DNA of 64,000 nucleotides from positions 6,138,001-6,202,000 of the forward strand of contig OX597839.1 in the NCBI GenBank assembly GCA_951406725.2, given 5' to 3'. This document shows positions 27,155 to 41,077 of the stretch, piece after piece. The notes under the pieces are model-generated. The model did no database searches, was not told the origin of the DNA, and saw nothing but the letters and a program-made list of their open reading frames with translations. Both the position numbers and the translations under genes were made by a program. How positions within the stretch are numbered: the first letter of the stretch is position 1; each line of letters begins with the position of its first letter. The stretch comes from Octopus vulgaris (lineage: Eukaryota).

Positions 27155-27197
<43 letters not shown>

Positions 27198-27255
27198 CTT
27201 TTTATTTTGATTATATATATATATATATAACTTTATATTTTAATTATATATATAT
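26995..27255. repeat. Minisatellite: constant unit AACTTTTTATTTTGATT separated by variable-length (TA)n
   Basis: Six to seven copies of the unit with TA spacers of different lengths. Confidence 0.9.
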
Positions 27256-27669
27256 ATATGCGCCTGTGTGTGTTTGATAGAAAATAAAATATAACTAGGA
27301 ACACTTATAAAAGAAAAATCAAACAATACCAGTAACATCTTGGTACGAAATTCTAACCAAAACGGCAGGAACAAAGCGAAATAAAAAATAAAGGTTAATT
27401 GAGTGCATATGTTTGTTTTTCGTTTGTGTGTATGCGTGTGTAGTTTCAAAACAAAATCAAATTTACATAAAATTTACATAAAATTCATCAACAATAGTTT
27501 TACATAGAAAATAATTTTTCAAATAATGATGCAAAGATATGTTTCTGATAAGACATGAAGATTTTTCTGATGAGGGAGACGGAACCGAAACCACCAGCCG
27601 CGTATCAGACTGGAACATTATTTTAACGACCTCCGACGGGTTGAAAGGCCAAAGCTGACCTTAGAGAGG

Positions 27670-27712
<43 letters not shown>

Positions 27713-27713
<1 letters not shown>

Positions 27714-27815
27714 CCTTTCTACTAAAGGGAAGGGATCTAGTCGATTACATCGACCCCAGTGTTTCACTGGTACTTAATTTATCGACCCCGAAAGGATGAA
27801 AGGCAAAGTCGACCA
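27713..27815 (-). mobile_element. Group C (Meta) SINE fragment with alternative (ATT)n-ended tail, within (AAT)n
   Basis: GTCGATTACATCGACCCCAGT...TTTATCGACCCCGAAAGGATGAAAGGCAAAGTCGACC; tail AGTAGAAAGG(ATT)n on the minus strand. Confidence 0.8.
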
Positions 27816-27821
27816 TAGAAG

Positions 27822-27869
<48 letters not shown>

Positions 27870-28532
27870 CAACAATGATAATTATAAACATTAACATTGC
27901 GTAATTCTTTCGTTTTTCTTTTTGAGAAAACCTTCATATAATTTTTTCTAAATATAAAAAACCAAATTTAGAGGGACGGAAGAGGTCATAGATAAATTAC
28001 CAAAATTTAACATATTAAAGGGAATGGCGGGAGTTTCGGGGAGGGCACGGAGAACGGGAGTTGGTGATACCTGAGACTTTCTCAAAGAGATATAGCACTA
28101 GAAACTGAATGGCTTTAACTGAGAAACTAAACCGTATAGGTCCTGCTTCACAGTAAACATTTCATTAAAACAGTCAGCACAAATTGCTTTAAACAGTGGG
28201 CGAAACGATGAGCATTTATGTTTAAAAAAAAACTCTACAGAAAGTTTTTAGCGAACCTATACATACATAATCAAAATATACAATATTATAGATTCATTTT
28301 CAGTCAATCTTACCAATCAGCTTCGCATCGTTATCGAAAGATCCGGGGCAAGACCGGTTGGTTAAGATAAAATGGATCTATAAATTTCGGTTAACATACC
28401 CATTCTACTGACAAATATGCTAGTACCTATTTTTCCTGACTTTTGGATTCTTAGATGACTCTATATATATATATATATATAAGAAAATTAAAAAATTGAG
28501 GGTGGTTTATATAGGGATGACCTTCTACTAAT

Positions 28533-28587
<55 letters not shown>

Positions 28588-29287
28588 GGGCAGGATGCAG
28601 TTAAAATCAATTTTAATAAATGCTATTTAATTTCAATGAAATTTAGGATTAATATTTTCTAACTGTATTATATGATATTGGGTCCCTGTGTACGTAATTA
28701 AATTTTTAATTCTATACACTACAAATTCTTGTAGAGTGCAATTGATAAGCAACAAAAACAAATTCACATATTAAGAATGAAAACTAAAATGTAATAAATA
28801 TGATTTTTAAAAATATTTTAAAACTATAATTTTCATATGATACGCTATATATTGGTTATCATATGCTATGCATTGATATCAAATGCTAAGAGTGTGTGAA
28901 TGACGGCATGCCTGTTGGCTGAAATAAATTGCTATCAATTATTAATCAACTCTCAAATGTATGAACAACTGGATTCATTTTAATATAAATAAATAAGAAA
29001 TTAAATAGATGAAAAAAAAAGGTAAATAAAATAAATTAATAAAATATATAAATAAGATCATACCGTGGAATGGAATGGAATTTACATGAACACAGCACAA
29101 AGGTTAATCAAATGAACTGAATAAGAAAAAATTTAAGTGGCAACAAAATAGGAGTGAATAAAGCACACGTACGACCTACTCTCATTAATGCACGCGAACG
29201 CGTGCGTGTATAACAGACACACACATACATAGAATGCAAATAAAACAATTAACGATTGAACGCATACATACACAAACGTGTGTGTAT

Positions 29288-29322
<35 letters not shown>

Positions 29323-29325
29323 CGA

Positions 29326-29363
<38 letters not shown>

Positions 29364-29794
29364 AGGTGATCAAACAATATGGTGGACATTGCGATAAATA
29401 ACCAAGAACAACTGGAAAAGGGAGATAAAAACGTGTGACTGACTAAAACTAACTCAGCAAGCATAGTGAATGTGGTGGAACGTACACAGATTGGTAGCCG
29501 GATAGGTAGGCGGGTAGGTATGTAGGTAAGGTAAGACAGACAGATAGACAGACAGATGGGTAAATATACTATGACAGGGTGGATTACGAAACAAGAAAAG
29601 AAAGGAAAAAATAGGCAAATTTTAAAAACAAGCTAAATAAACAAAACAGCTAAGTGCTACCAAGAAACACTCGTGAACTTCAAATATATGCGAATCTATG
29701 TGTGTTTGTGCATATATATATAAGAATAAGACAAAATCAAATGCAGCAAGTAAAAAAAGGCTTCTGAAGCTATCACCGGTGAGGAAAAGACAGA

Positions 29795-29857
<63 letters not shown>

Positions 29858-29912
29858 CCAAAAAGAGTGCATGCAGGTAATAAAAAATAAAGAGAAACTA
29901 AAGTTTTAACGG

Positions 29913-29955
<43 letters not shown>

Positions 29956-30219
29956 AAATAATTCCTACAGAAACTTAATTCAACCAACTTTTCGTAGAGA
30001 TTGTAACCTTGGTTTTCTGAAAACCGAGCATTAATGCAATGACAGCGTTAACGAAGCTGTTGGTGCCGCGGCCTTGGGGCTAAAATATTTTTAAGGATTT
30101 AAGGAAATAAATAAATAAATAAATAAATAGAAGAGAAAGTTCATTTAAATCTGTGGAACAAAAGCCACACTTCTTTTGTGGAGAGGACATTCGACCCCAT
30201 CTATATGATTCGTACTTAT

Positions 30220-30412
30220 TCTAAAATTTTCAGGGAATGGGGCTAGTGGATTACATCGGCACCAGTACGTGACTGGTGCTTTATTTCGTCGACCACGAAA
30301 GGATGAAAGACAAAGTAGGCCTCGGCGGGATTCGAGTTCAAAACACAAAGACGGACGAAATGCCGCTAAACATTTTTTCTCGGAGTGCTAACGGTTCAGA
30401 CAGCTCGTTGCC
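30220..30412 (-). mobile_element. Diverged group C (Meta) SINE
   Basis: CGACCACGAAAGGATGAAAGACAAAGTAGGCCTCGGCGGGATTCGAGTTC...GTGCTAACG. Confidence 0.75.
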
Positions 30413-30480
<68 letters not shown>

Positions 30481-31579
30481 GACGAGTGCATCATTAACGC
30501 CTAATATTTTCTTGATGTGTGTGTGTGTGTGTGTGTGTGTGTCTTATTGATTTGACTTTGGGTAGTGACCATTACGTTGTTGTCTGCAGTGGCTGCTGAT
30601 ATTATTACTACCATCAACTATAGAGAAGTATAGGATATAAACATCTATTCAAATATTTTCGATTCCGACATGATTTATTCGGTGTCAGAGCAATTAAACT
30701 GTCAACCAGGAAAGCGCTGGTTTTCAGGGGACGGTGAAGACATACAGTAAAAGTGCAGCTAGCAAGGGACCCATCGGGGGTTTAGTTTAGTTTTCGTTTG
30801 GTTTGGTCTGGTCTCGTCTAATCTGGTTCGGTTCAGTTGAGTTGGATTGTGTTGGGTTGGGTTGGGCGCAGGCGTGAAATGACTTTGAACCGAAACTCCA
30901 AATTTGAGGAAGAGAGAGAGAGAGAGATTGATTGTTGGACCGAAGAGAATTTAAAGTAAGAATTTAAAGTGATGGGTAATAGCAGTGAGCTCAGTGAATG
31001 TGCAGAATGGGAAAACAAGTGAATGTGAATGAACATAAAGAAAGAAAAAATATAATCCCTTCACACACACACACACACACACGTTTTATCTAAAACAATG
31101 AGTCCAACAATGGACATATTGTTTCGCTCAGAGAGTCGTCAGTGATTTGATTGAATGAGTGCTATGAACACTGATACTACAAGTTTGGCTAAAGCATTTT
31201 GACACCCAAATTTCATTTTTTAACCCTTGGCCTCTCCGGTGTCTCACGTATTATAAACAAGATGTATTTCTCTGGTGTTTATGTATCATATATGAGGCAC
31301 ATTTCCCATTTTTTGTCAACACCCAGGGCAGCCTGTGACTTATAAAACGAAAGCTTTATATAAATTCAGAATGTATAAAACATTGGCTAATTAAAAGTCT
31401 GAAATCAAGCGAGACGTTTAAGACAGACTTATGAATACGTTTTGGACAAGAAGAGGGTTATTATTTTTCCTTTGGTTCTGTGTGGCCCAGCCATTTCCTG
31501 TAAAGTGGTAACTCACTGAAATACACACACACACACACAAGCACACCTGAAGCAAACTGAAGATGGACAACCAGTAAAA

Positions 31580-31766
31580 TCGGGTGGTCCAAGAAGGTGA
31601 AGGAATGTGGAAGATCTAGGCTCACTTTGCTGAACATAGTGCAGAGAGAAAGAGAAGAGAGATCGTGACTGTAGTGAGGCTGAAAGAGAGAAACATAGAA
31701 TGGATATGACTGGCGAGAATAATATACAGAGGTCGCTGGCGTCAAGTGGTGCTGGAGGCAGTAATG
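31580..31766 (+). pseudogene. Possible heavily decayed RTE LINE C-terminal fragment
   Basis: Broken reading GRSRLTLLNIVQRE ... RWRQVVLEA resembles the RTE GRPR.TW...V..D ... DR..WR..V pattern. Confidence 0.3.
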
Positions 31767-31854
31767 TTAAAACATATAGCAGTGCGCATATAGGTATACA
31801 GGGTATAGGTACATAGATAGACAGCTATGTGTGTGTATATGTGTGTATGTATGT

Positions 31855-32323
<469 letters not shown>

Positions 32324-34223
32324 AAGGGAGAGGATAAAAGAGAAATGTACCTACTACAAAGAGTTTTATGTTGGCGTGCTAACATATTTTAACAGAGAAA
32401 AATACGCTTGTAGTGAGGTGGAAAAAAATACAGCGTGACCATTGAATGTAGTGGAAACGAACAACGTATTGGTCATGGCTGGACTGTTGTGGACTAGAGC
32501 TGACTTCAGAGTAAGCAACAAACGAAGTAAGGATAGGATAGAAGTGTTTGATAGAGAAAGGGTCGTAAATGAGTGAGTGTGAGTGGACATTTAAAATATC
32601 AGAAGGTAATGTCGAGAGCAGAAAGGACGACAGGTAGAGTTTACTGCGTGCGCTCAGTGTAATCTGCTGTAGAATGAGTGGATTCTACTAGAGAAGTGCT
32701 AAGGACACAGGTGAAGGAAGTGTTGGAGTGACGGTGTTATCACACGAAAAGATTGGAAAGTACGGTTGTGACTTCTTATATGATGTCATCGAGGAAAGAG
32801 AACAAGCGAGAGAAGGATGAAGAAGGTGATAGAGGGAGAGAGAGAGAGAGAGGAGAGCGCGAGAGAGAGAAGAGGACAAAGCACCTGAGTGCAACGTTAG
32901 CAAATGATAATGGAAAATGTTGTAGAGCTACTTAAAGACATTTCATAACCTGTATGTTGAGAGAAGTGAGTCGTAGGTAGAAAAAAAAAAAAAGGAAATT
33001 TGTAAAGAAATATAAAAAAAAAGAAGAAAGGAAAACGGAAAATTTCTAAAGATTGGTAGAAAAAATGCTTGGAAAGAAAAGCTGGAATTGCTGTATAAAA
33101 GTAGTTTAGCAAAGAATTTTATGCCTTCGATTTTTCAGTGACGAAACCATTCTGCAGGCACTCGTTCAAGTCCAAAAGGGTTGCTGATATATGGGACTAT
33201 GGCTAACAACTGTTGTCACGTGTAGGATGACAGGTGCGATTGGATATAGCTCCAACCACTACATGTGGTCGTCAAGGGAAGACAGTTTTACGTTTTCCTC
33301 TGGTGACTTTGACCAAAGAGGTTGTGAGGTAGACGTCGCTGAAGGGAGTGAAGGGAGAGACTTTCCTCTTTAACGATACCTTCCTTTATTTATTCTAGTT
33401 TCACTTAAGGGAGGTTGAGAATGGCCCCAAGTTAATGGATCTATTCTAAACATGCAGCAATCATCCAAGAAATGACATTAGCTCAATTCAGCATCTTTGA
33501 TGAGCCCTACATAGATTCTCTTCTATTGGGAACGATATTGTTGATATTTGTTGTCATCTGTTGGTTTATGTCATTTAATTTTACAAGTGTTTATGTAACC
33601 CCTTATTTTATCGGATTTTATTTTTGGTATTCTTTCCATTGTCTTGGACGCATTGGAACTAATGAAGGAATCATTATTATCATTATTATTATTATTCTAT
33701 GAGAGAAAAAACAATGTAAAGGATAGCATAAAAATCTAATGCTTTAACGTCATCACAAAATCACTACATAAAAACGAAAATCAGACGAGTTATAGAGAAG
33801 GAGACAAATTATAGGCTTTAAGGGCATCTGAAGAGCAATGATTTGAAACGTAGTGTGTGTCTGTGTTGCATAACAGTAATAGAAGTCGTAGTTTAAAACT
33901 GGAATATACAAATATTTTTAATGTATTTATACAAACCGCAGACAACACGTTATAGACTTATGCAACAGTAATAGCTCTGAAATTGGGTAATAGGGTCTCC
34001 TTGGGGGAAATACGAGCTCACAGTAACAGCAAATAGAGAGGAATAACTGGGTGGGGAGCATCGGGTCGAGTATTTAGAAGGATGGCGACTGTTTATTTTC
34101 TTTTTAAGAAAAACCTTAAACCAGCTACTATATCTATATTTTAAAAACATTTTCAAAAAAAAATCTTTGTCGTGTAAGACCATCGGAAAAAAGTTTTGAT
34201 TCCTGACGATTTCGTCTGTCCAG

Positions 34224-34293
<70 letters not shown>

Positions 34294-35363
34294 CAACAAC
34301 AATAACAATCCTTTCTACTATAGACACAAAACATGAAACTTAGGGAACTCAAGGTTGAAGTAGTAGACACTAAACTTAAGGGACCCGAGCAATGGAACCC
34401 AAAATCTCTATAGTTAGGAAGCGAACTTATTAACCACAAAACCATATAAGCGTCCATGTTGCTGTTGTTGTTGTTTTTTTTACAATTAATTGCACTGACC
34501 AATTCCACAGTTGCTGTTTGTTTATTTATTCATTTATTTATTTATTTTATCTATTTTGCAGTTTGACGAAGTCCATTAAAACTATTTTGATCTGTTTAAA
34601 CTTTTAAGCAATTATTTTTAGTATTTTTTCAAATAATATTTCGTTTATTTTTACTTCGCTATTCTTGCTATTTTTATTTCAAAATAAGAGTTCTTAAAAT
34701 TTCTATGTTTGATATTGTGCGCGTGTGTCTGAGTAACAGAGTGAGCGTGTGTATACTCGTCCTCATTAAATATAACTACTTCAATACAATTTTATTTTGT
34801 TTTCTTCTATTATTATTCATTCTCCATATTTATTTTAAAGAAAAGAATAAAATTATCTCCAGAAATTTAATTTTTGTTTTGATCAGATAATGGCTATTTT
34901 AAACTTTTGTTTAATTCCTTCGTTATATTTCTTTCACGTTGTTTTTAGTTATTCTAAGTTTTTTCTTGCTTCCAAAAATAAGATAAAATAAAATAAAAAA
35001 CCTGTCGTATAAATTAAAAAAGGAAATAAAAAATATAATGAAAACAAAAAATATAAAATAAGCATAATATAAATAATGAAATATAAATATAATTAAAAAA
35101 TACAAAAATAATCAAAACGAAAATAATGAAATATAATAAATAAATAAAACCTTTCACAAATTAAAAAATAATATTGCAACAAAAGATAGAAGAAATATAT
35201 ATGGGAAATAAGTAAAATATAAATAATTCCAATTTAAGCAAGCATTCTTTAGAGCGGTGGTGGCATGGCTAAGAATTTAATAAAGCCAATATATAGCTAA
35301 AATTATAATATAGCGGAAGAAAAATAAATTTTGTAAAAAGTATATATTTATATATATACATTC

Positions 35364-35517
35364 TTTGTGGGATAAACAAGGCAGTCGATGGTTTCATGTG
35401 AAGCGATCTTCACAACTGTTCAAGCATACCACATAGAAGTATTGATACACATTTACTATTGAACAATTGTGAAGATCTTTTTACGTGAAACCATTGGTTG
35501 CCGTGTTAATTCACAAA
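35364..35517. mobile_element. Fold-back MITE-like element, ~60-bp imperfect inverted arms in TA-rich flanks
   Basis: TTTGTG...ATGGTTTCATGTGAAGCGATCTTCACAACTGTTCAA pairs with TTGAACAATTGTGAAGATCTTTTTACGTGAAACCAT...CACAAA. Confidence 0.75.
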
Positions 35518-35870
35518 TTAAGGATATAATTCAGCAATGCGGTGTGAGTCAGTCATTCTCACTTCTTGATATTAGCATGTGTGTGTGTGTGTGTGTGTGT
35601 GTATTCTGTCACTGGTTTCAGTCTTATTGGACTGTTTCACTACACTAAAAATATATTTAAGATCCATAATTTGAGGAAACGGCCTCGAAGCAATCGAAAC
35701 CCCTGCTACACAAATGAGTAAGCAGAAACGGTTGTTCAGTGGTAACGAACGAAGCAAACTGTGCTCAATGCTGTAGATTATCAATTATTTAATTTGAAAT
35801 AACGGAAAATAATTAATTTTTATTTATCACGAAAATCTGGCGAAATTCATCAAACCGCTAAATTGGTATT

Positions 35871-36236
35871 TCAGCATAACGTTCCGGTGAACTTAGCGAG
35901 ATTTTCGTGGAAACAAAAGTCAGGTTGATCTGAGACGGCCAAACCATATAGACGGCCAAACCATATAGATAAGGTTTTTAAACTACTAAACTCAAATTTC
36001 CTCAATATCTTTTTATTTTACAGTATTTTAGTTTTGTTTAGTTTTATTTTTCTTAGAATTCAGCATAACGTCCTGGTGAACTTAGCGAGATTTTCGTGGA
36101 AACAAAAGTCAGGTTGATCTGAGACGGCCAAACAATATAGATAAGGTTTTTAAACTGCTAAACTCAAATTTCCTCAATATCTTTTTATTTTACAGTATTT
36201 TAGTTTAGTTTAGTTTAGTTTTATTTTTCTTAGAAG
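35871..36236. repeat. ~185-bp tandem duplication, with a 17-bp internal duplication in the first unit
   Basis: TCAGCATAACGT at ~35871 and ~36060; GACGGCCAAACCATATA doubled in unit 1 only. Confidence 0.92.
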
Positions 36237-36951
36237 ATAAATAGAAAATGCTAAGATTTTACTTACCAATTGATGGATTTTTGTTTTTAGACGGAAGGGG
36301 ACAGGGAGAACGAAAAAGAGAAGGAATGGACGGGAAAGGTAAAAATTTAAATAATAGTAACAACAACAACAGCAGCAGCAGCATGCAGGGGAACCGCTTG
36401 AATGGTTTAGTTAGGGAAATCGATCCCAGTGTTCCCTTTGTTTCTTTTAAGTTTTAAATGGTTACGTTTTGCCGAACCACTAAGTTATGGGAAAGTAAAC
36501 AAATCAGTATCGGTCGTCAAACGGTGATATATATACTCGTACGTACATACGCACACACACTATATATATATATGGAGGGCCTACTTCGTTTTCGACTATC
36601 TATTTCAGGAATTTCGGCAGCGGCTCTAGGTTATCGTAGAAGATGCTTGTCCAAGACACTGCGCTGTAAGATCGAGCTCGAAACCACGCAGGCAACAGAG
36701 TACAGTACTTCAACTTTCAGAGACCGGAAAATAAGCTAATTCAGATTGGCCTCACTACTTGGCCAGTGGGTGTTGTTGTTGCTGTTGTTGAAGTCATTTA
36801 ATCTCAAATTCTGACATAACAAATTTAAAACCTATGCGTATAATTTGCAATGTAAATAGCAGGGTACAGCAGAAGCAAACATTGCAGAACCAGCCAACCA
36901 GCCAATAGCAATAAGAGAAGAAAGCATGGTTAAAAAATATATGCGACTATG

Positions 36952-36999
<48 letters not shown>

Positions 37000-37136
37000 C
37001 GGTAAAAGTCATCCAAAGCTAGATTAATTTATCCAAAATCTCAAAGAAAACACACAGGAACTAAATCCAATTTTACAAAATGGTTTCTTACAATAAGATC
37101 GTTTTAGTTCGCATGAAATATTGTAATATCGAAGAA

Positions 37137-37313
37137 GGTAAAAGGAAAGAAAGTAGAAAGCTTCTGACAATGCGGAAAGTTTAAAACCTGTATATTTCAA
37201 GCGTAAAAGCTCCTCTTCAGACTTTTTCTTCTGAAGATGGGCCTTTATAACTGAAATATAAAGGTGTTATAAACCTTGCCTCATTGTCAGAAGCTTTTTA
37301 CTCTCTTTTTACC
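37137..37313. mobile_element. Inverted pair (~85-bp arms) of Penelope-like segments, each with a CTGAAGA...GAAA hammerhead-like core
   Basis: Left arm (minus): CTGAAGA-G-GAGC-TTTTAC-GCTT-GAAA-TATA; right arm (plus): CTGAAGATGGGCCTTTATAACTGAAATATA; AAAGCTTCTGACAATG pairs with CATTGTCAGAAGCTTT. Confidence 0.55.
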
Positions 37314-37557
37314 TTTTTTAGTTTCTTACTGTATTTGAAAATATACGAATAGGTTCAACCAATGTGAGTAGACAACACTATGGCTCTGGTTGATTAATAT
37401 TAATTTTGATAGTAGCAGTAGTAGTAGTAGTAGTGAGTTCTTAACTAACCATTGCAATTACCATTTTTGTGTCAGAACCTATTTTGATACAGACTCACTT
37501 GAGACTACACCTAATTCTATGATACACACTACATGTTTAAAGTGACCTATGATGGTC

Positions 37558-37598
<41 letters not shown>

Positions 37599-37749
37599 CT
37601 TTGGTGCTTGCTAAAGGCACAAGATGCATCAAATAACACCCCACCACCACTACTACTACTACGAATAATAATAATAATGCCACCAATATTGAAATTACTA
37701 GTACCAAAATTTATCTAAGATGAGAGGTTTCAACAAAGGCATAGAAGCA

Positions 37750-37810
<61 letters not shown>

Positions 37811-38146
37811 GAAGAACATGCAAAATAAATAAACAAATAATTAAAACCTTCAAAAAAATAAAAAAAAATTAATGAAACAAAAATAAAACGAATCAGTAAA
37901 AACTTTAAACGAATTTGAAAATGGGAAAAACTACCAAAACTACCATTGCTACAGTTACTACTACAGCTACTACTACTACTACTATACTAGACATAAAAAA
38001 CTGCCTTAAGGGCAATGTGGAGTTGAATATCTTGCTGAAGAACACAATGCAAACACGCCTACAGCGGGGAAAAAAACAGCGATGCAGGAGGTAGGTTGCA
38101 TAATATATATTATATTTAATTGACCATTGTGACGAGGAGCGCCAGA

Positions 38147-38198
<52 letters not shown>

Positions 38199-38279
38199 GG
38201 GGTAAAAGGTGACTAAATATTTTATGGAAGAAATTAACACGATACTTGTTAGGATTTTAGGGATTTCAAAAAGTAAATG

Positions 38280-38319
<40 letters not shown>

Positions 38320-38475
38320 TAATAATAATGATAATAATAATAATAATAAACATACGACTAAAACTACAAACGAAAAATATGAAAAACAGGATTAATTATT
38401 AATTATCACAACGAAAAATATTAATAACCGATATTAGATAGAAGGGAAAGATATACAGTGAAAAGGGAGTGTGTG

Positions 38476-38506
<31 letters not shown>

Positions 38507-38678
38507 ACAATGATAGAATAAAGAAGCAGTATTTTAGTAAGAGTTAGTTAATTAGTTAGTAAGTTAGTTAGTGTTAGACAAACGTACTAGTATTAGTGAA
38601 AACTACTACTGCGATTAGCTAAATACAATTTTAGTTGCTTTTCTCTCAGATTTAGTGGAAGGGCGGGATTACAGGAAG

Positions 38679-38709
<31 letters not shown>

Positions 38710-39004
38710 AGAAAGAAGGGGGAGCGAGGGAGAGAGAGAGAGAGGAAGAGAGAGAAACTTGGAATTGAATAGAAAATTGATATAAATAAAATATACCCAC
38801 CCCCTGTAAAGGAAGAAAAAATAAGAAATTTCTTTTTTAAAAAAACGTGATATATTTATTCAAAATTTTCAAAAAATAAAAATAAAAGCGTATGATAAAA
38901 TAAATATTTAACGTACTCACAAAATAATAACAACAATGACAACAACAACAACAACAATAATAATAATAATAATAATAATAGTAATAATAATAATAATAAT
39001 GTTT

Positions 39005-39135
39005 TTGATTTAGGCATAAGGCTATCAAATTTGAGGGAAGGGCATTAGCCGACACTATCGACCCCAGTGAATGACTGGTACTTTATTTTATCGACCCCCG
39101 AGAGGATGAAAGGCAAAGTCGACCAAGGCGGGATT
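39005..39135 (-). mobile_element. Group C (Meta) SINE fragment with alternative tail
   Basis: ATCGACCCCAGT...TTTATCGACCCCCGAGAGGATGAAAGGCAAAGTCGACC. Confidence 0.75.
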
Positions 39136-39181
39136 GCAACTAATACTGACTCTCAATAAAGATTTACAGAAAGTGTGTGCA

Positions 39182-39226
<45 letters not shown>

Positions 39227-39329
39227 GTATATATATATGTATATATGTATGTATATATATATGTATATATATATATGTATATATGTATGTATATATATAT
39301 GTATATATATGTGTATATATATATATATA

Positions 39330-39457
<128 letters not shown>

Positions 39458-40012
39458 GTATATATGTATATTATACAATACAAAAGCATGCATATATATT
39501 TTGATAGAAACATATCTTGGTATGAGTATATAAAATATATATACATTCACACACATAAGTATATCAATTACATACACGCACACACGTATGTGTATATTTG
39601 ATATATAAATAAAATCATGCTAAATCTATAATATACCTATGTAACAATAAATTCAAATGAAGAAAAAGAAGACAAAATCAAGATAAATAAAATATATAAT
39701 TTCTAAAATAAGACATCTATTGAATTGAATATTATATTTTAAATTCAAGTGTTCTATTCATAAATGTAAGAAGAAAAAAAAAACTTTATTCATTGAAAGC
39801 AAAGCGAAAGAATTTCTGGTGAAGATGTAAACGTTGTAAGATGCATGTTTTTGTAGGTTATGAATGATAAAGAATGAAGGCGAGGATAGATGATTAATGG
39901 ACAAGGGATATAAAGTTTGTGGTTGTTGTATATCTCGGGGAGACAGAGATATTATTGCGAGTCGATGTTGAGCTTGCGAATTGCTTCTGCGGTGGTGGAA
40001 GTTTCTGGTTCT

Positions 40013-40693
40013 TGCAGTTTCGTTCCCCCAATTCAACGTTCGATAGAGAATGGCCAAAATCCCCTAACGAAAATATCCCAGGATAAGAATTTTAAAAAAT
40101 TGGTTTTTATTTTTATTTCTTTATTTTATTTTTTTTTTTATTTCTATTAGTTTCAGCTCACAAGCTGTGGTCATGCTGGGGCACCGCATGTTGTAATAGT
40201 TGTAATAGATATTTGCTATTTGTAATAGATATAAAGTTACCTGAATGACTGCATATATATATATTTCTTTACTACCCACAAGGGGCTAAACACAGAGGGG
40301 ACAGACAAAGGGATTAAGTCGATTACATCGACCCCAGTGCGTAACTGGTACTTAATTTATCGACCCCGAAAGGATGAAAGGCAAAGTCGACCTCGGCGGA
40401 ATTTGAACTCGGAACGCAACGACAGACGAAATACGGCTACGAATTTTGCCCGGCGTGCTAACGTTTCTACCAGCTCGCCTTATATTGACTGCGTATATAC
40501 GTGTATGTATGTATGTGCTGTCGTTATTGTTAACGGGGTTGTTGTTGATGGTTTTTGCAGTTTCGTCCCCCAATTCAACGTTCGATAGTGAATGGCAAAT
40601 CCCTAACGAAAATATCCCAGGATAAGAATTTTTAAAAATTGGTTATTTGTAATAGATATAAAGTTACCTGAATGACTGAATATATACGTGTAT
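40013..40693. repeat. Local tandem duplication (~170-200-bp unit) interrupted by SINE insertions
   Basis: TGCAGTTTCGT(T/C)CCCCAATTCAACGTTCGATAG at ~40013 and ~40556; ATTTGTAATAGATATAAAGTTACCTGAATGACTG at ~40217 and ~40645. Confidence 0.85.
40262..40479 (-). mobile_element. SINE group C (Meta), full copy
   Basis: Same head, Meta-like domain and tail as 3313-3545; TGACTGC(A/G)TATATA on both sides. Confidence 0.88.
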
Positions 40694-41077
40694 GGAGGCG
40701 CAATGGCCCAGTGGTTAGGGCAGCGGACTCGTAGTCATAGGATCGCAGTTTCGATTCCCAGACCGGGCGTTGTAAGTGTTTATTGAGCGAAAACACCTAA
40801 AAAGCTCCACGAGGCTCCGGCAGGGGATGGTGGTGATCCCTGCTGTACTCTTTCACCACAACTTTCTCTCGCTCTTACTTCCTGTTTCTGTTGCATCTGT
40901 ATTTCAAAGGGCCGACCTTGTCACTCTCTGTGTCACGCTGAATATCCCCGAGAACTACGTTAAGGGTACACGTGTCTGTGGAGTGCTCAGCCACTTACAC
41001 GTTAATTTCACGAGCAGGCTGTTCCGTTGATCGGATCAACCGGAACCCTCGTCGTCGTAACCGACGGAGTGCTTCCA
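40694..41077 (+). mobile_element. SINE group A, full length
   Basis: GGAGGCGCAATGGCCCAGTGG...GTTTCGATTCC...CCGACGGAGTGCTTCCA. Confidence 0.9.

Noticed and set aside
26995-27255. CRISPR-like repeat-spacer appearance
   Set aside because: Spacers are pure (TA)n, the context is eukaryotic and there are no cas genes
32350-33380. Complex sequence with faint similarity to a decayed CR1/Jockey-like LINE on the minus strand
   Set aside because: No motif could be read with confidence; needs a translated profile search
40694-40770. tRNA gene candidates (also heads of groups B and C)
   Set aside because: A/B boxes continue into multi-copy SINE bodies; no clean cloverleaf or terminator
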